A stretch of DNA of 62,418 nucleotides, filler included, from Porpidia crustulata (lineage: Eukaryota), in assembly GCA_964255105.1 (NCBI GenBank). It is 13 parts of 13 records of this genome, joined end to end, with 100 filler letters (N's around TTAATTAATTAA, not from the genome) between each part and the next. Parts side by side here need not be neighbours in the genome. Positions count along the whole stretch, not along the records: positions 1 to 4,750 come from CAXUWE010002004.1; positions 4,851 to 9,595 come from CAXUWE010002005.1; positions 9,696 to 14,431 come from CAXUWE010002006.1; 10 more parts are not named here. One strand, given 5' to 3'. Shown one piece after another: positions 1-11,840 of the stretch. Position numbers and translations under genes: made by a program. The notes below the pieces were generated by a model. That model was not told the origin of the DNA. It saw only the letters and a program-made list of their open reading frames with translations, and did not search any database. Position 1 is the first letter of the stretch; each line of letters opens with the position of its first letter.

Positions 1-689
1 CACCACCTTGATCCGGTGGGCTGCTGGGGATGTTGGGGAAGGTCTGATCGTAACAGCTGAGACTTTCTTGTCTCTTCGAAGTCTCTTTTTAAAGCATTAA
101 GATGACGTCTACAAGCAATTATCCTCTGCTCAATAAGGCTCGGCAGCATGTCGGCGCGTGCAACTCTGTCCGTTCTAACAATATCTTTCTCTCCTGAAAA
201 ACCCTGCTCTTCGGAAGAAATCAAAGGAGGCGAATTTCTGCCGCAGGTTCTGCAACCAAATTCGTATCAAAAATATTTTCATGATTCCAACCACTACAAC
301 AGTGCCGGAGGCGAAAACAATACTCCGTCAAGATTGTCTCACCCCCAAAGACCTCGTCGACAATCTTCCCCAGTACGATATTGGTGAAAGATTCGGAGGA
401 GCCTTTCAACAACTCATGGCAGTATACCTCATAGTTGCCTCACATATCAATGGCGATTCCGGATTATAAGTCGGCGTATCCGAACAATTATTTACGCGTA
501 TCCAGAAGCACAAAAATTCTCCAAGTGCCGTTCGTCAAGGGACTACTCGCCCTCGGAAAGTAGTATGCAACAGTACCGCTGAACATTTTGATCTTTATTT
601 TGAAAAATCTGTCGACGTTATTGGATTTCGTCTTTATCAATAACGGATAAGCAGAGATTTATCTCGTCTTAGTTTACTTACTTCATGAT

Positions 690-1025
690 ATCTTCTCGTC
701 ATATGCAGACTACGCAAAGATGTCTGAAGAGAAGGCGAACGACTGGCACAGCTGGGCCCGCGGCCACTTTGACACCGTGATCATGGATGAGGCACACAAA
801 GCCAACACTACGAATACCAACGTCAGCCTCTCCCTGACCACCCTGGACGCCCCCCACTACATTTTGTTGACCGCAACCCCTATGATCAATCGGTTGATTG
901 ATCTGACCGGACCCTTGAAGATCCTCTTGAAAACCGAATGGCGAATGGCGGATGATGAGGGTTTAGATATGGAGATTGACCCATCCGCACTGGATATCCC
1001 GAGGATCCTGCAATTGGGATTCTAA
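690..1025 (+). pseudogene. SNF2-family ATPase fragment (motifs II and III)
   Basis: Reads FDTVIMDEAHK...YILLTATPMINRLIDL. No motif I or C-terminal helicase lobe is in frame. Confidence 0.75.
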
Positions 1026-2983
1026 GGGAGAGAACTTGCTCAGTCGCAGAACTACTCAACTTTATGAGAGCTAAATGAACAGTTTAAACCGACACTCTGA
1101 CTCTTCAACTTGCGCTCGTCGGCGATCGACTACAGACGTGGATATCGAGCGACAGAGCGAATCAAGACGCTTCGGCTCAGGGACTCAGTAAGACATCAGA
1201 TTTATCAGCAACGGGTCCGAGAAATTTGTCTTATTATATATATATACATATATATGCATAAGTCTTCTCCCTGAGATGAAACATTAGTTTTTCGAACTTC
1301 ATTGCGGTAACCTATAATTCTGCCGTAGCGCAGATCTCCGACTCAGCTGCATCTTAATTAATCCCACGGTCAGCGATGAATCTTGTAACTTGTGACTTCT
1401 CCTGATAAAAATCAAGAGTGACGCGGCGCAGAGGGTAGATAATGGGGCGCTTGGGGGGAACTACAAAACCTACTATCTTGTCTGCGGGGGTTATGGTAGC
1501 AAAAGATTTAAAACCTCTGAACCATAGAGTGCTCTGACTACATTCTTGGTTTCCGACCGGCAGACGGTATATTACTCTTCTTTTGTCCTTCGGTGCCTGA
1601 ACTTTCATCCGTGACAAGTGTTTGTGTCTTCATCATCGAGCTGTCGGACTGTTGATCGACTGATCATACACCTCACCCATTAAGACTTTATAATATACGG
1701 AGAAGGTAGGTAATCATTTTCGTAGCCCATGACAACCGAGACAGAGAAACTATAAATACTGAAGGAGGACGATGATACAGTAGATACTCGCGAATTTACA
1801 ATCGAAAGATTTATAGATAGAGGAGCTTGAGATTCTCCTCTGTTGCGAATGTCAATATATACTCAGGAGTCGAAGCAAAGCGTTGGAATCATCTTCGTCA
1901 GCGGCCAATCGCATTGCTTTCGTGCGTTTACTTCGGCTTGTTGCACGATAAATTCTCCTAAAGTCGCAAGGTTGGGTTTCCATCAAAGATTACATTGAGA
2001 ACAAGGTGGCGGGCGAGGTTCTCTCTAACCCTAACCCTATGGGTACAGTATATGGAGAAGAGACCAACCCGCGTTCGGCGAGAATGCTCGAGGTCTTTCA
2101 CGAGCAGATTCGTGACGAGATGTTTCAAACGTTGAGGGAATGATCAGGCTTCCCGGGACTTCTGTAGCAAGTTCTTACCACTCATTAACTCGGGCTTGAA
2201 GTCAAGCGCTCTGAAATTCTGACTGTTGGCGTGCTCTCGTCTCAGTCATGGAACCAGGAAACAGCGGAGGTTGCTTTGTGTGCCTGGGTAGCCAAGGGTG
2301 ATGGAATGACAAAGGTTGAAGGAGAGGGTTACGACACAGATTCTGAAAGCAGAGAAAAGCCCTTAGACGGTCCGTGTCTGCGCGTTCGGCGTTAAATCCA
2401 TGATAATAGAGACGACGCAATAGCTGACGACTGGATGAAAGAAACTTATCACACTGCGCCGAGTCTCGAAACTTGAAATACAATCATTCAAAAACAAACT
2501 ATCGCGTGCAATAATAGCACAAGTTACATGCCTCGGTGGCGGAGCTATACTGCAATCATAATTGGATCCTAACAGCTATATTTTCTATCATTAGGCGTAT
2601 ATTCTTATATTGATACGAAGAACTTATTTGGTATAGGACATTCTAGGTTTGTTCAAGATTCTGTGGGTGCGTGTAGAAGCTGAAATTATAATGACCGATC
2701 CCAAATGCGAGTATATCAACGTCGAAGTCCACGGAACCACGAATATGAATAAACCGTAATCTCTGCCGACAGGAGTTTCAAGAGGGGCATCCGAGGATCG
2801 AAGTCGTGTATCCCTTATGCACCGGTGTCATTGACTGACATACTCGTTTCAGACATGAAATGATACAATTGTCACTTCATCTAACATCTCATTTCCATAT
2901 CTCATCCGCACGTCTCTAGATCGGCTTCATTCTTCCGCATCCATCGTTAAGTCTTTCGCAGCAAAATCCATGACTGTATTAAC

Positions 2984-3223
2984 ATGAGGATCGAGAACAT
3001 AATTCTCCATGGACGTACGCACTACGTCGACGAATATCAATTCTATTGCTCAGTCCAGAACGTGCTTACCGGAAACGTCATGCTCACGATCGATATTCCT
3101 GTCGACGGACCAGTAACGCTCGAACGCTGTAAGGGGAAGTACGTATGCCAAGATTGCTTCATTGAATGTGAGAGAATAAAGAGAGATAAATGCATTTTCT
3201 GCAACGTAAGTTTGTTGTTATAA
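2984..3223 (+). CDS. Small 79-aa ORF with a degenerate RING-like cysteine pattern (possibly a pseudogene fragment)
   Basis: YCSVQ...RCKGKYVCQDC...KCIFC. The spacing resembles a RING finger, but the second Cys and the His are missing. Confidence 0.35.
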   Translation: MRIENIILHGRTHYVDEYQFYCSVQNVLTGNVMLTIDIPVDGPVTLERCKGKYVCQDCFIECERIKRDKCIFCNVSLLL

Positions 3224-3289
3224 ATTTCGTGCAACATCTATTCAATATTAATCTTTGTCTCTAGAAATTCAAGAACAGCTATGCACTTA

Positions 3290-4319
3290 CATATTTAGCA
3301 AGATTTGATTATGGGTTGGAAGACTATCCTTGAAGATATGAGCTCAAGACATAATTGTTGATATCGCTAGATGGACGGTCGACACAGTTTGGGTCCAACT
3401 TCCGACCGCGCGCTGATAAATTCACTCACATTAACCGATTTCTTACTCTACGGGAAGTAATATCAAGATGTTTCCTCTAAACAGACAGTCAGTTTCATGA
3501 AAGTCTCTGCAAACATCACCGAGCCAGATCTATCTCTTCGCCCGCGCGAGCGTGAGCGACGATATCTTTTGCAAATGCCCTTACATCTGTAGAGATATTC
3601 CACAGTACTCTTGACTATTCGCCTTTATATACCGCTGTCACCATCTCTCATCAAATATTGCTTGGAATATATGATAACGTCCCTTAAAGCCCCCTTGGAC
3701 TTGAAGCATTACACTAAGTAACCTCGACATTTTAAACAAGTCGTCCTATCATTGACGATACTCGCCGGAAATTCCTGGGACAATACGGAGTACATTTTTC
3801 TACTAGTAAGGATTATGTATGCTGAGATCTCGCACATTAAACTCGAAGATCAAAATGGCGGAAATAAATGAATTGGAAAGTGTTGTGCTAGCAGGACCAC
3901 ACACTATACGTCTCTATTACTTGCTGAATGCGATGAGATACCGCACATAGTTCTCTATCTTGCGTCAATGAACGACGCTTTAGAGATACAATAGCTCACG
4001 AAAGCTACAAGCCATACCAGCCCACTCGATCCTGGCGTCAAAGTCCTATTTAGTCGGATCTCAAACATCCATAAGACGTCACTTATCCAGGACATGCACA
4101 TATTGTGCTCGTCGAACCGGGAATCAATGAAACCAAACAGCACTTGATGAGGCCTAGTGGATGCTAGATATATGAGGGCACGGACAGAATGTGTGGTTTA
4201 CTCAGACTATCTCATGCGCGATAAGACACACAAATTCAAAGTAAATTAGGGTCGTTATTAATCGGGCCATCGCTCTACTAAATACGAAATATAACTTCTT
4301 AGTCACTGCGACGCCATAA
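3290..4319 (+). pseudogene. Second, heavily decayed SNF2-family ATPase remnant
   Basis: YLA..MGWKTI at 3292-3328 (motif I-like, frameshifted). GAT AAG ACA CAC AAA = DKTHK at 4220 (DEAHK with two G>A changes). FLVTATP* with TATP at 4305, 85 nt after the D, versus 84 nt in the first copy. Confidence 0.6.
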
Positions 4320-4750
4320 CCCATCGGATTTTGACGGATTGCAGACTCAGTCAGGGAACCAAAAAGAATTCGAAGAAAATCAGCTTCAACCACCGAACAG
4401 GATTACCACGATACTGTGGTTTCCCTGGACCACCGGACTTCGACTTTATAATGAACTTGGCTGAGTCCGTGGATATATTTCATCACAAGGTCTTTCATAT
4501 TCCGCTAATTGCATAGAGTTTAATGAAAATATTACTTTTAATACTTCAGATAAAGTCGTGTCACAATGCCACATTTAACACATATCTATCCACTGAGAAG
4601 AATCTACAAAACATGAAGATGAAAGACATGATTTAAAAGTTTTAACATGATTCTAGATCTCTCACTTTACTTCGTGCTTACAACAACCGTGAGAGTGTTA
4701 CGATCCCGCTCCTCCAACTTCCCAAAGAGGCTTAGCGCCAGTCCTAGCGG

Positions 4751-4850
4751 NNNNNNNNNNNNNNNNNNNNNNNNNNNNNNNNNNNNNNNNNNNNTTAATT
4801 AATTAANNNNNNNNNNNNNNNNNNNNNNNNNNNNNNNNNNNNNNNNNNNN
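4751..4850. other. Artificial contig linker (N44-TTAATTAATTAA-N44). Identical linkers at 9596-9695, 14432-14531, 19259-19358, 24085-24184, 28886-28985, 33685-33784, 38479-38578, 43271-43370, 48060-48159, 52848-52947 and 57635-57734
   Basis: Twelve identical 100-nt spacers with stops in all six frames. Contig lengths fall monotonically from 4750 to 4684 nt. Genes are cut at the linkers. Confidence 0.99.
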
Positions 4851-5417
4851 CCTCCCCCAGCGCCTCCAACTCGGCGTCCAACTCGGCCTCGTCCACATCC
4901 TCGGGCACATCATAACTCCTGCCCATGCTCTCCTGAATCTCGTTGCCCATCTCGAGCAGATCCTGCATCTCGTCCTGCATGCGCTCGATCTTATCGACGT
5001 CGATCTTGCCGTACTGCTGCTTCAGGGTCTTGTTGGTCGACTTCATGGCGTCGACGGTGGTCATGACGTTCTTGAGGTTGTCGGTCATCATGGCGGCTTG
5101 CTCCATGTTCCAGGACTGCTGCTGCAGCTGGTCGCGCTGGGACTCGTAGAGCTTGCGGCGCTGCAAGATTTTGAGGGCTTTTTGCTTCAGCGCGGATTTG
5201 CCGGGGCCGTCGCGCATTTTGGACATGCGTTGTTGGTAGGTGGTCAATTCGGCGTTGAGTTTGGCGAGTTTGACGTCGATGGAGTCGACGTGAGTGTCGG
5301 TCTGGGGAGGGTTAGCGGAGATTTGGAGAATGGAGTTGGGGGGATGCTGACATTGGAGATGGCGCTTGAGAGAGTGGGTTTTGGGCCTGTATTCTTGGCT
5401 CCGAAGAGACGATTCAT
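4851..5417 (-). CDS. VPS60: ESCRT-III Snf7-family protein Vps60/CHMP5 (1 intron, 3' end truncated by contig end)
   Basis: MNRLFGAKNTGPKPTL..., KQKALKILQRRKLYESQRDQLQQQSWNMEQA, SYDVPEDVDEAELDAEL. Confidence 0.93.
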
Positions 5418-6449
5418 TTTGAGGAGATGAGGGTTGAGCAGCACTGAGACCAATCACCCGCAAGTGGAAGAGGTCTGCGGTGGCTTACAAGCTCCAAGTA
5501 TGGGGAAGATTCACGTCTGTTGAGCCAAGTATCATACAACATCGACAAGCGCAATGCGGCGAAGGCTATTGATGTCTGCCTGTCAAAGGTACTTAATTAT
5601 GAAGTCGCTTGGTACGTCAGAGTCTGACATAGGGCTGAACTGCTTGCTACACAATCAAAATCGGGACATTGCATTTAAGGACCTAGACTGTACGATAGCG
5701 ATCTAAAAGATTTCTGAAGCATTTGGAGCATGAGCAGTGATTCGCTCTTGAAATTCCGCCGGGTGCGACGCTATCGCGGGTATCCACGTTATTCGTTAAA
5801 GGGGGATCAGCGGAGCGGGATGACCAGGGGAGTTCAAATCTGTATGACCAATCCTCGTGTATCACGTAGCCCATGAAAAATCCACGGCTTCATCAGACAT
5901 TTGACATTCGGTACATCAGAACCACATTACTGGGTCTAGACTCGTCGGGTGGAGAAGCAAGTGCCCTGTGAGGCGCAAACGCAGTCCACCTTCCGAGCAA
6001 GCCAGATCGAAAATTGCATGAACAGCACCGGCAGTCACCACCCACAATTGATACCCTCTCAGCTTGAGCACGATTCCATCCTTCTGATCAGACGGGAACC
6101 CCACTGATGTAAGTTTTCCTTCTATGCAGCCAGTCTGCAGCCGTGCAAGTTCGTTCTACTCGAGTCCAAACGGTCTTGGGCTTACTCTGTGCAACATCCA
6201 AGCCTATCTCAACCCACACCATATTCTTTGATATCCCAGAACAGCTCAGAGAGGGCTCCGGATCCACATATAAAGTGCATGCTCTGATGAAGGCCTCACT
6301 CAGTTGAAGTACAGAGCTACAAGCCGACTCTGTTCCTTCCCACGGTCGGTCGCATGAACCCATCCAGCCAATCCAGACCCTTCGACTTGCGGAGTCGAAT
6401 TCACATAAACTACCTTTCCTTCATATATACCTTCGTAACATAATACAGA

Positions 6450-9400
6450 ATGTTTTGGCGTTTCGGCGGATATGCGAGCATTTCTACTCTTGATACCATT
6501 CTCGATAAGCCCGATGTGACCCTTGAAGAGCTCCTGGATGAGGCAGATTTGATACAGGAGCTCAAACAACATAATACAAAGTTATTAGAATATTTGAGGG
6601 ATGAGAACGTTTTGCGGAGACTGCTGGACTATGTTGTTGCCGCGCCGGCTCCAAAGCCCGAAGACGAGGACGATGAGGAGGACGTTGACGAAGCAACTCG
6701 TGCGAAGACATTGAGCCCAATACGTCTAAGCCCTTTACGGCGCAAAAGCAAAGATCAGAAAGAGAAGTCGAAGCGGCAGGATGAGAGAGATGAATGGGAA
6801 AAGGCAGATAAGGCGCGGCAGAAATATGCCTACATATCTTGCGAAATCCTCTCATCCGAGACCTGGTCCATCTTGGAAGCTTTGATGGAAAACCAGTCGC
6901 ATCTAAAATCGTTCTGGGGATTTCTAAGACGTGAGCCTCCGCTGGAACCAGCGGCGGCGGGATATTTCACGAAGATCAACGAGACGCTACTGGATAAGAA
7001 AACGGAAGAGACTTTGAACTTTGTGAAATCGCTAGATGGCATTGTCCCGGCAATGTTGCAGCATGTGGACTGTCCAATGGTCATGGACTTACTCTTGAAG
7101 ACTATAAGCATGGAGAAGAGTGAGGGAGGGATGGGAATTGTAGACGTAAGCCGCCCAATGTGGCGGATGCAACGCAACATCGGCAAGTGTGCTAACTCGG
7201 TTTACAGTGGCTGCAGAGTCAAGACTTAATATCGCTTCTACTTGCGTACCTAGCGAAAGAATTCCCGCCGGCGACACAGACCTCGGCGGGGGACTTTATC
7301 AAGGCTATAATCACGATATCGGCCAACGCATCTCAGAACGAGCAATCCTGCATAGGTCCGAACAACCTCACAAGGCAGCTTGTATCTGATTCATGCATTG
7401 AAAGTTTGATTACCGACATGCTTCGGGGCGGCAATCCTCTCACAGTCGGCGTCGGGACCATCATTGAAGTTATACGGAAGAACAATTCTGATTACGATCC
7501 AGAAGTTGGAGCTGGAACAGATTTGATTCCTTCGAGCAATGATCCGATATACCTCGGAACGCTTCTACGCTATTTCGCCAAACACGTCCCTGACTTTATG
7601 GACCTCATACTCAGCCCTACGCACACCGTTCCAGACGGCGACAATACCATGACGATCAAAAGGAAAGAGTTGGCGGTTGCATTTGGCAGCAGCATTGAAC
7701 CTTTGGGCTTTGATCGTTTCAAGACTTGCGAATTGATGGCAGAGCTCCTTCATTGTAGTAATATGGGTCTACTAAATGAACCGGGAAGTGAGGCATTCGT
7801 CAAGCGAAGGGATCAAGAACGAGAGCGAATGAAGGCGGAGGGCTCTCTGACGACCTCGCGGCCTCCGACATCCGCAGTCACAGACTTTTCCGAGGGTAGT
7901 GCTGGCTTCTCGAATGGCGATTCTACCCTCGGGTTAGAGCCTCGGTCTCCAGAAGGCACTAGAAAGCTTGAAATAGCTAATAGCGTTGATGAAGATGGAT
8001 TTGAGGACGTTGGGACTTCGGCGGACTTGGCAGACGATATCAAAGATGATTTTGACGAAAAGTCATCATTTGAGCTCGGTGCAGATGAGCAGCATGAGTC
8101 TCTACAGAAGGAGCTAAAGCCACGCTTGGACCTGGACGAAGATTTTGTCGATGAGCCTTTGACATCGCCACAAATACAACCAGTAGACGCGTCTTTCGAA
8201 TCTCCACGCATAAAAGCTCTCAAAGATATTGGTTTAGATACGTCTGAGGTACCAGAAGGCCTAGATTCTTTCGAACATGAGCCTTCGTCGTCCATAGACG
8301 GTCTGACTTCCAATATCGGCAACATAGATCTGGACAATGACCTAGTGGATTCAAGTCATTCAATCCCTTCTTCCGGTGCCGAGTCAGAAGCTCCGCCATT
8401 GCCACAGCGGGCACGATTTCTTGAGCCCCAGCCCACAAATACCGACAGTCCGAGAGAGCTTTCGCCCCATCCTGACGATAAGCCAGCTCCGCTATTTGCA
8501 GGTCGCTCTGAGCAGGACACGCCAGAGGAGAGCCCAGCAAATGTTGCACAGCGTGACGTGAGCGCTGAGAGTCAAGACATAATCGACACACCTCTCGGTC
8601 ACGAGGGTGATAGCCCACGGTCGGTACTGATGAGTAGCAATGAGCCAAGTTTTGCACCTCAGATTGAGAACGATGTTGATGGTCAACCGATGGTTGGAGA
8701 CTTCTTGAAAATGATGTTTGTGGAACATAAGGTGGTACCTACGATTCTGGTGAGCCGGAGGGACTGCGAATACGCAATCGTGCACTAATCGGAGTCTTAG
8801 GATTTTTTCTTTCGATTCCCCTGGAACAATTTTCTTCACAATGTAGTATATGATGTTGTACAGCAGGTATTTAACGGGCCGATGGATAGAGGTTACAACC
8901 GGATCCTTGCCATTGATCTATTTCAAACTGGACGAATTACCGAGAGGATAATCGAAGGTCAACAACGAAGTGACGAAGCGCAAGCGAAGAACAACATGCG
9001 ATTAGGGTACATGGGCCACCTTACACTCATCGCCGAGGAAGTGGTCAAATTTAGTGACCGGCATTCACCGGAGCTGCTGTCTCAGGCTGTGCTTGACAAG
9101 GTCACTAGTAAAGAATGGAGCGACTACGTGGAGAACACCCTCTCGGAAACAAGAGAACGTGACAACGCAATCCTAGGTGGTGTGCGACCCGACATGTCTG
9201 TTGGCCCACGGCAAGCGGTCCTGAATGTCTTGAACCAGACTCATGGGTTTGGTGGTGCTGGATCTTCCGCGTTGGCCAACGCTGGTCTCAACGGTAGCCC
9301 AGGTTCCGATTCCATGGACCTCAGCAATGGTAGCGGCACATCGACAGCGTTTGGGCTAAGTAGCGGATCGCTGCTCAGCGGGTTCGGAAGCTCCAGCGAC

Positions 9401-9511
9401 GAAGAAGACGAGGAGGGAATGGAAGATATCGAAGAAAACGACGGATCCGGGGTGGGCAGCTCAGACCAAGTGGGTGATCTTTCTTTCAAGGATGTTGCTA
9501 CGAATAAATGA
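6450..9511 (+). CDS. SIT4 phosphatase-associated protein (SAPS family, Sap155/185/190-like); at least 2 introns, 3' end may be incomplete
   Basis: MFWRFGGYASISTLDTILDK, AAGYFTKINETLL, PLGFDRFKTCELMAELLHCSNM, FFRFPWNNFLHNVVYD, RLGYMGHLTLIAEEVVKF. Introns at about 7146-7208 and 8750-8800. Confidence 0.92.
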
Positions 9512-9877
9512 TGATGTATCACGACCATTTGCATTGGCATATCTGTCTTCCAAGAGCTATCTAAATATCACATATGCGCTCGGGCGGCATTATAANNNNN
9601 NNNNNNNNNNNNNNNNNNNNNNNNNNNNNNNNNNNNNNNTTAATTAATTAANNNNNNNNNNNNNNNNNNNNNNNNNNNNNNNNNNNNNNNNNNNNGGAAA
9701 GAGAGGACAAGACGGAAGGAAAAAGACCTCAGGTTGGAATTTCAATGATTTGCCAGTTTGTAAAAGCCCCCCTTTGATTCCAAATACCCGGGCGTGTCGG
9801 CGCGTAGAAATACTTACACAGGATAATTAATTATATACAAACGCCCTCCGCCCATATTACCGACAACAAAAAACCCT

Positions 9878-11396
9878 CTACTTCTCCTTCTTCCCCTCAA
9901 CAACGACCTCGGCGTACGTCTTATCACTCGGCACATACCCAACAGGAACATGGCCGTTCGTCCCCTGCGCCACCTTCACCCCCTTCGCGCCCTCCTCCTC
10001 CGCATCCGTATCCCTCTCCTCGTCCTCGCGGACATCGCTGACGGAAATCTGAAACACGATATTATACGCGATGCGGACGATGAAGAACAGCCAGAGCAGG
10101 TTGATGCTCTGCAGCGAGGCCAGCAGGCCAAAGGTGACGTACTGGCTGATCCAGCACTTGTACTGCTCGGCGACCCAGTCGAGGTCGAAGGAGCCGACGG
10201 TGCGGAATTTGGTGAGGGTGGCGTGGAGGACGACGAGGTTGAGGTAGTGGCGGCAGTAGACCCAGACGCCGATGAAGAAGGAGAAGTAGGGGATGGTGAT
10301 GCGGGAGTCGAGGTAGCTGCAGATTTTGGAGGTCTGTAGGGAGGGGGGGTTAGTGTGGATGGTTTTATGATTGAGGAGTTGGACTCACGGCGAGGAAGAA
10401 ATCACTGATATCGTGCGTGATGTAAACGGCCAGCCCCATGTACGTGAAATGGAACTGGTAGCTCAGGCCGATCAGTGACAGGGTAAGGATGTGATGTCCA
10501 ACCAATTCCTTAAAGTCTTTCCTCGGCTTTTCCAATTGTAGGCAAAGGACAATCGCTTGTTGTAACCAGTAGCTCGCCTCTAGAAGATAGTATGCTTTGA
10601 ACAAGCCGTCATGTGATCGGTGAGGGAAGCCTTCAAACATTCCCGTAGTGTTGAAATACCAAACCGGCGTCCTCGACATGACGTATATTCCAAACGGTCC
10701 GAAGACGGCAAAGTACATTGCTGTGTAAACCTGCTCCATAAAGCGATTTTGCTTTACTTTCGAGCGAAGATTGTTCCACAGGGCGAGCGGACGGATGACA
10801 CGCTGCATGAGAAATTCACGAGTAAAGGATAGGACAACGGTGTAAAAGGCCATAAAGGCAAAATCTCGCGGGCCTTTGCCGTAATACGTCGGGGCATTTG
10901 ATTGAAATCGGGCGTGGGTGGGTACAAGAGGATCTGAGGGATCAAGTGGGTAGGAGAGCATGACAGCGCTATAGATAGGGTTCGTGGGTGTGGGGTTTAA
11001 TAGGTAGGCGGAGAGGACGATGAGCATGACGATCAAGGGATTAACCCAGGTATGTCGGAAAGTGAAGTTCTTCCATCTTTTCAAGTATGTCCGCGCTTTT
11101 CTCCGTTTCGACACCCGGATTGATTTGGTATGCGAGGCACGCGGCTGGAGGGACGAGTTGTGTGATTCTGGAATGGGAGTTGTCGGCGGACTTGACAATG
11201 GGGACGATGGGGTTGTCGGTCTTCGCTCCAACGTCGACAGTGCAGACGCTCCCGTATCGCCTCTCAGATCAGACCCCAAGCTACTGGACTTTCGCCGTGG
11301 TCTTGGCATGTTTTCTCTTGTGCGTGGTTTCCCTGGGGATTTGGGTTGATTTAAGAAGTTGACTTCTGGGAATATTTGTTCAAGGTTAGCGGCCAT
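9878..11396 (-). CDS. Ceramide synthase of the Lag1/Lac1 (TLC domain) family, 1 intron
   Basis: Lag1p motif EKPRKDFKELVGHHILTLSLI...THDISDFFLA|TSK. Exon 2 has QYKCWISQY and ends KKEK* (ER-retrieval-like). Confidence 0.93.
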
Positions 11397-11840
11397 GATG
11401 ATGGTCCGTCGCCCGACTGGTTGATTGACTCGTGTGAGCGCGCCGTTAATTTGCGGGAGATTACCGAACCTTGGGTTTAAGTAGGATCTTCAGCTCTGGC
11501 CGCGAATCAATGGTTTAAAGGCAATCGATGCCGATTAGTATGATAGAAGAGCTCCCCTTTCTTGTTAGCAATCAGACAAGAAGCACAGAAAGCACAGTCT
11601 CTTGTAAAATAGAAGTGTATGTATCTGTGTATGCTATCAATTCTGAATTATGCCATTGACTGTGACGACCCTATTCGATAATTCAGCTATGTTGGGCAAG
11701 GCTATTCTACCCGATCCGCTATCGTGGCCCTACGGCACGTGGAAGGTGCAACCGAATGACACTAAGATTGAAAACAAGCAGATTGAATTAAAATACCGTA
11801 ATATGTGCAAGAACAGAAATATGTGCAGACAAAATGACTT

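Noticed and set aside
1231..1260. (TA)n tract
   Set aside because: An ordinary short microsatellite.
3255..3308. F-box-like SLSLEIQEQLCTYIF
   Set aside because: Too short, and it runs into the SNF2 motif I remnant, which explains the region better.
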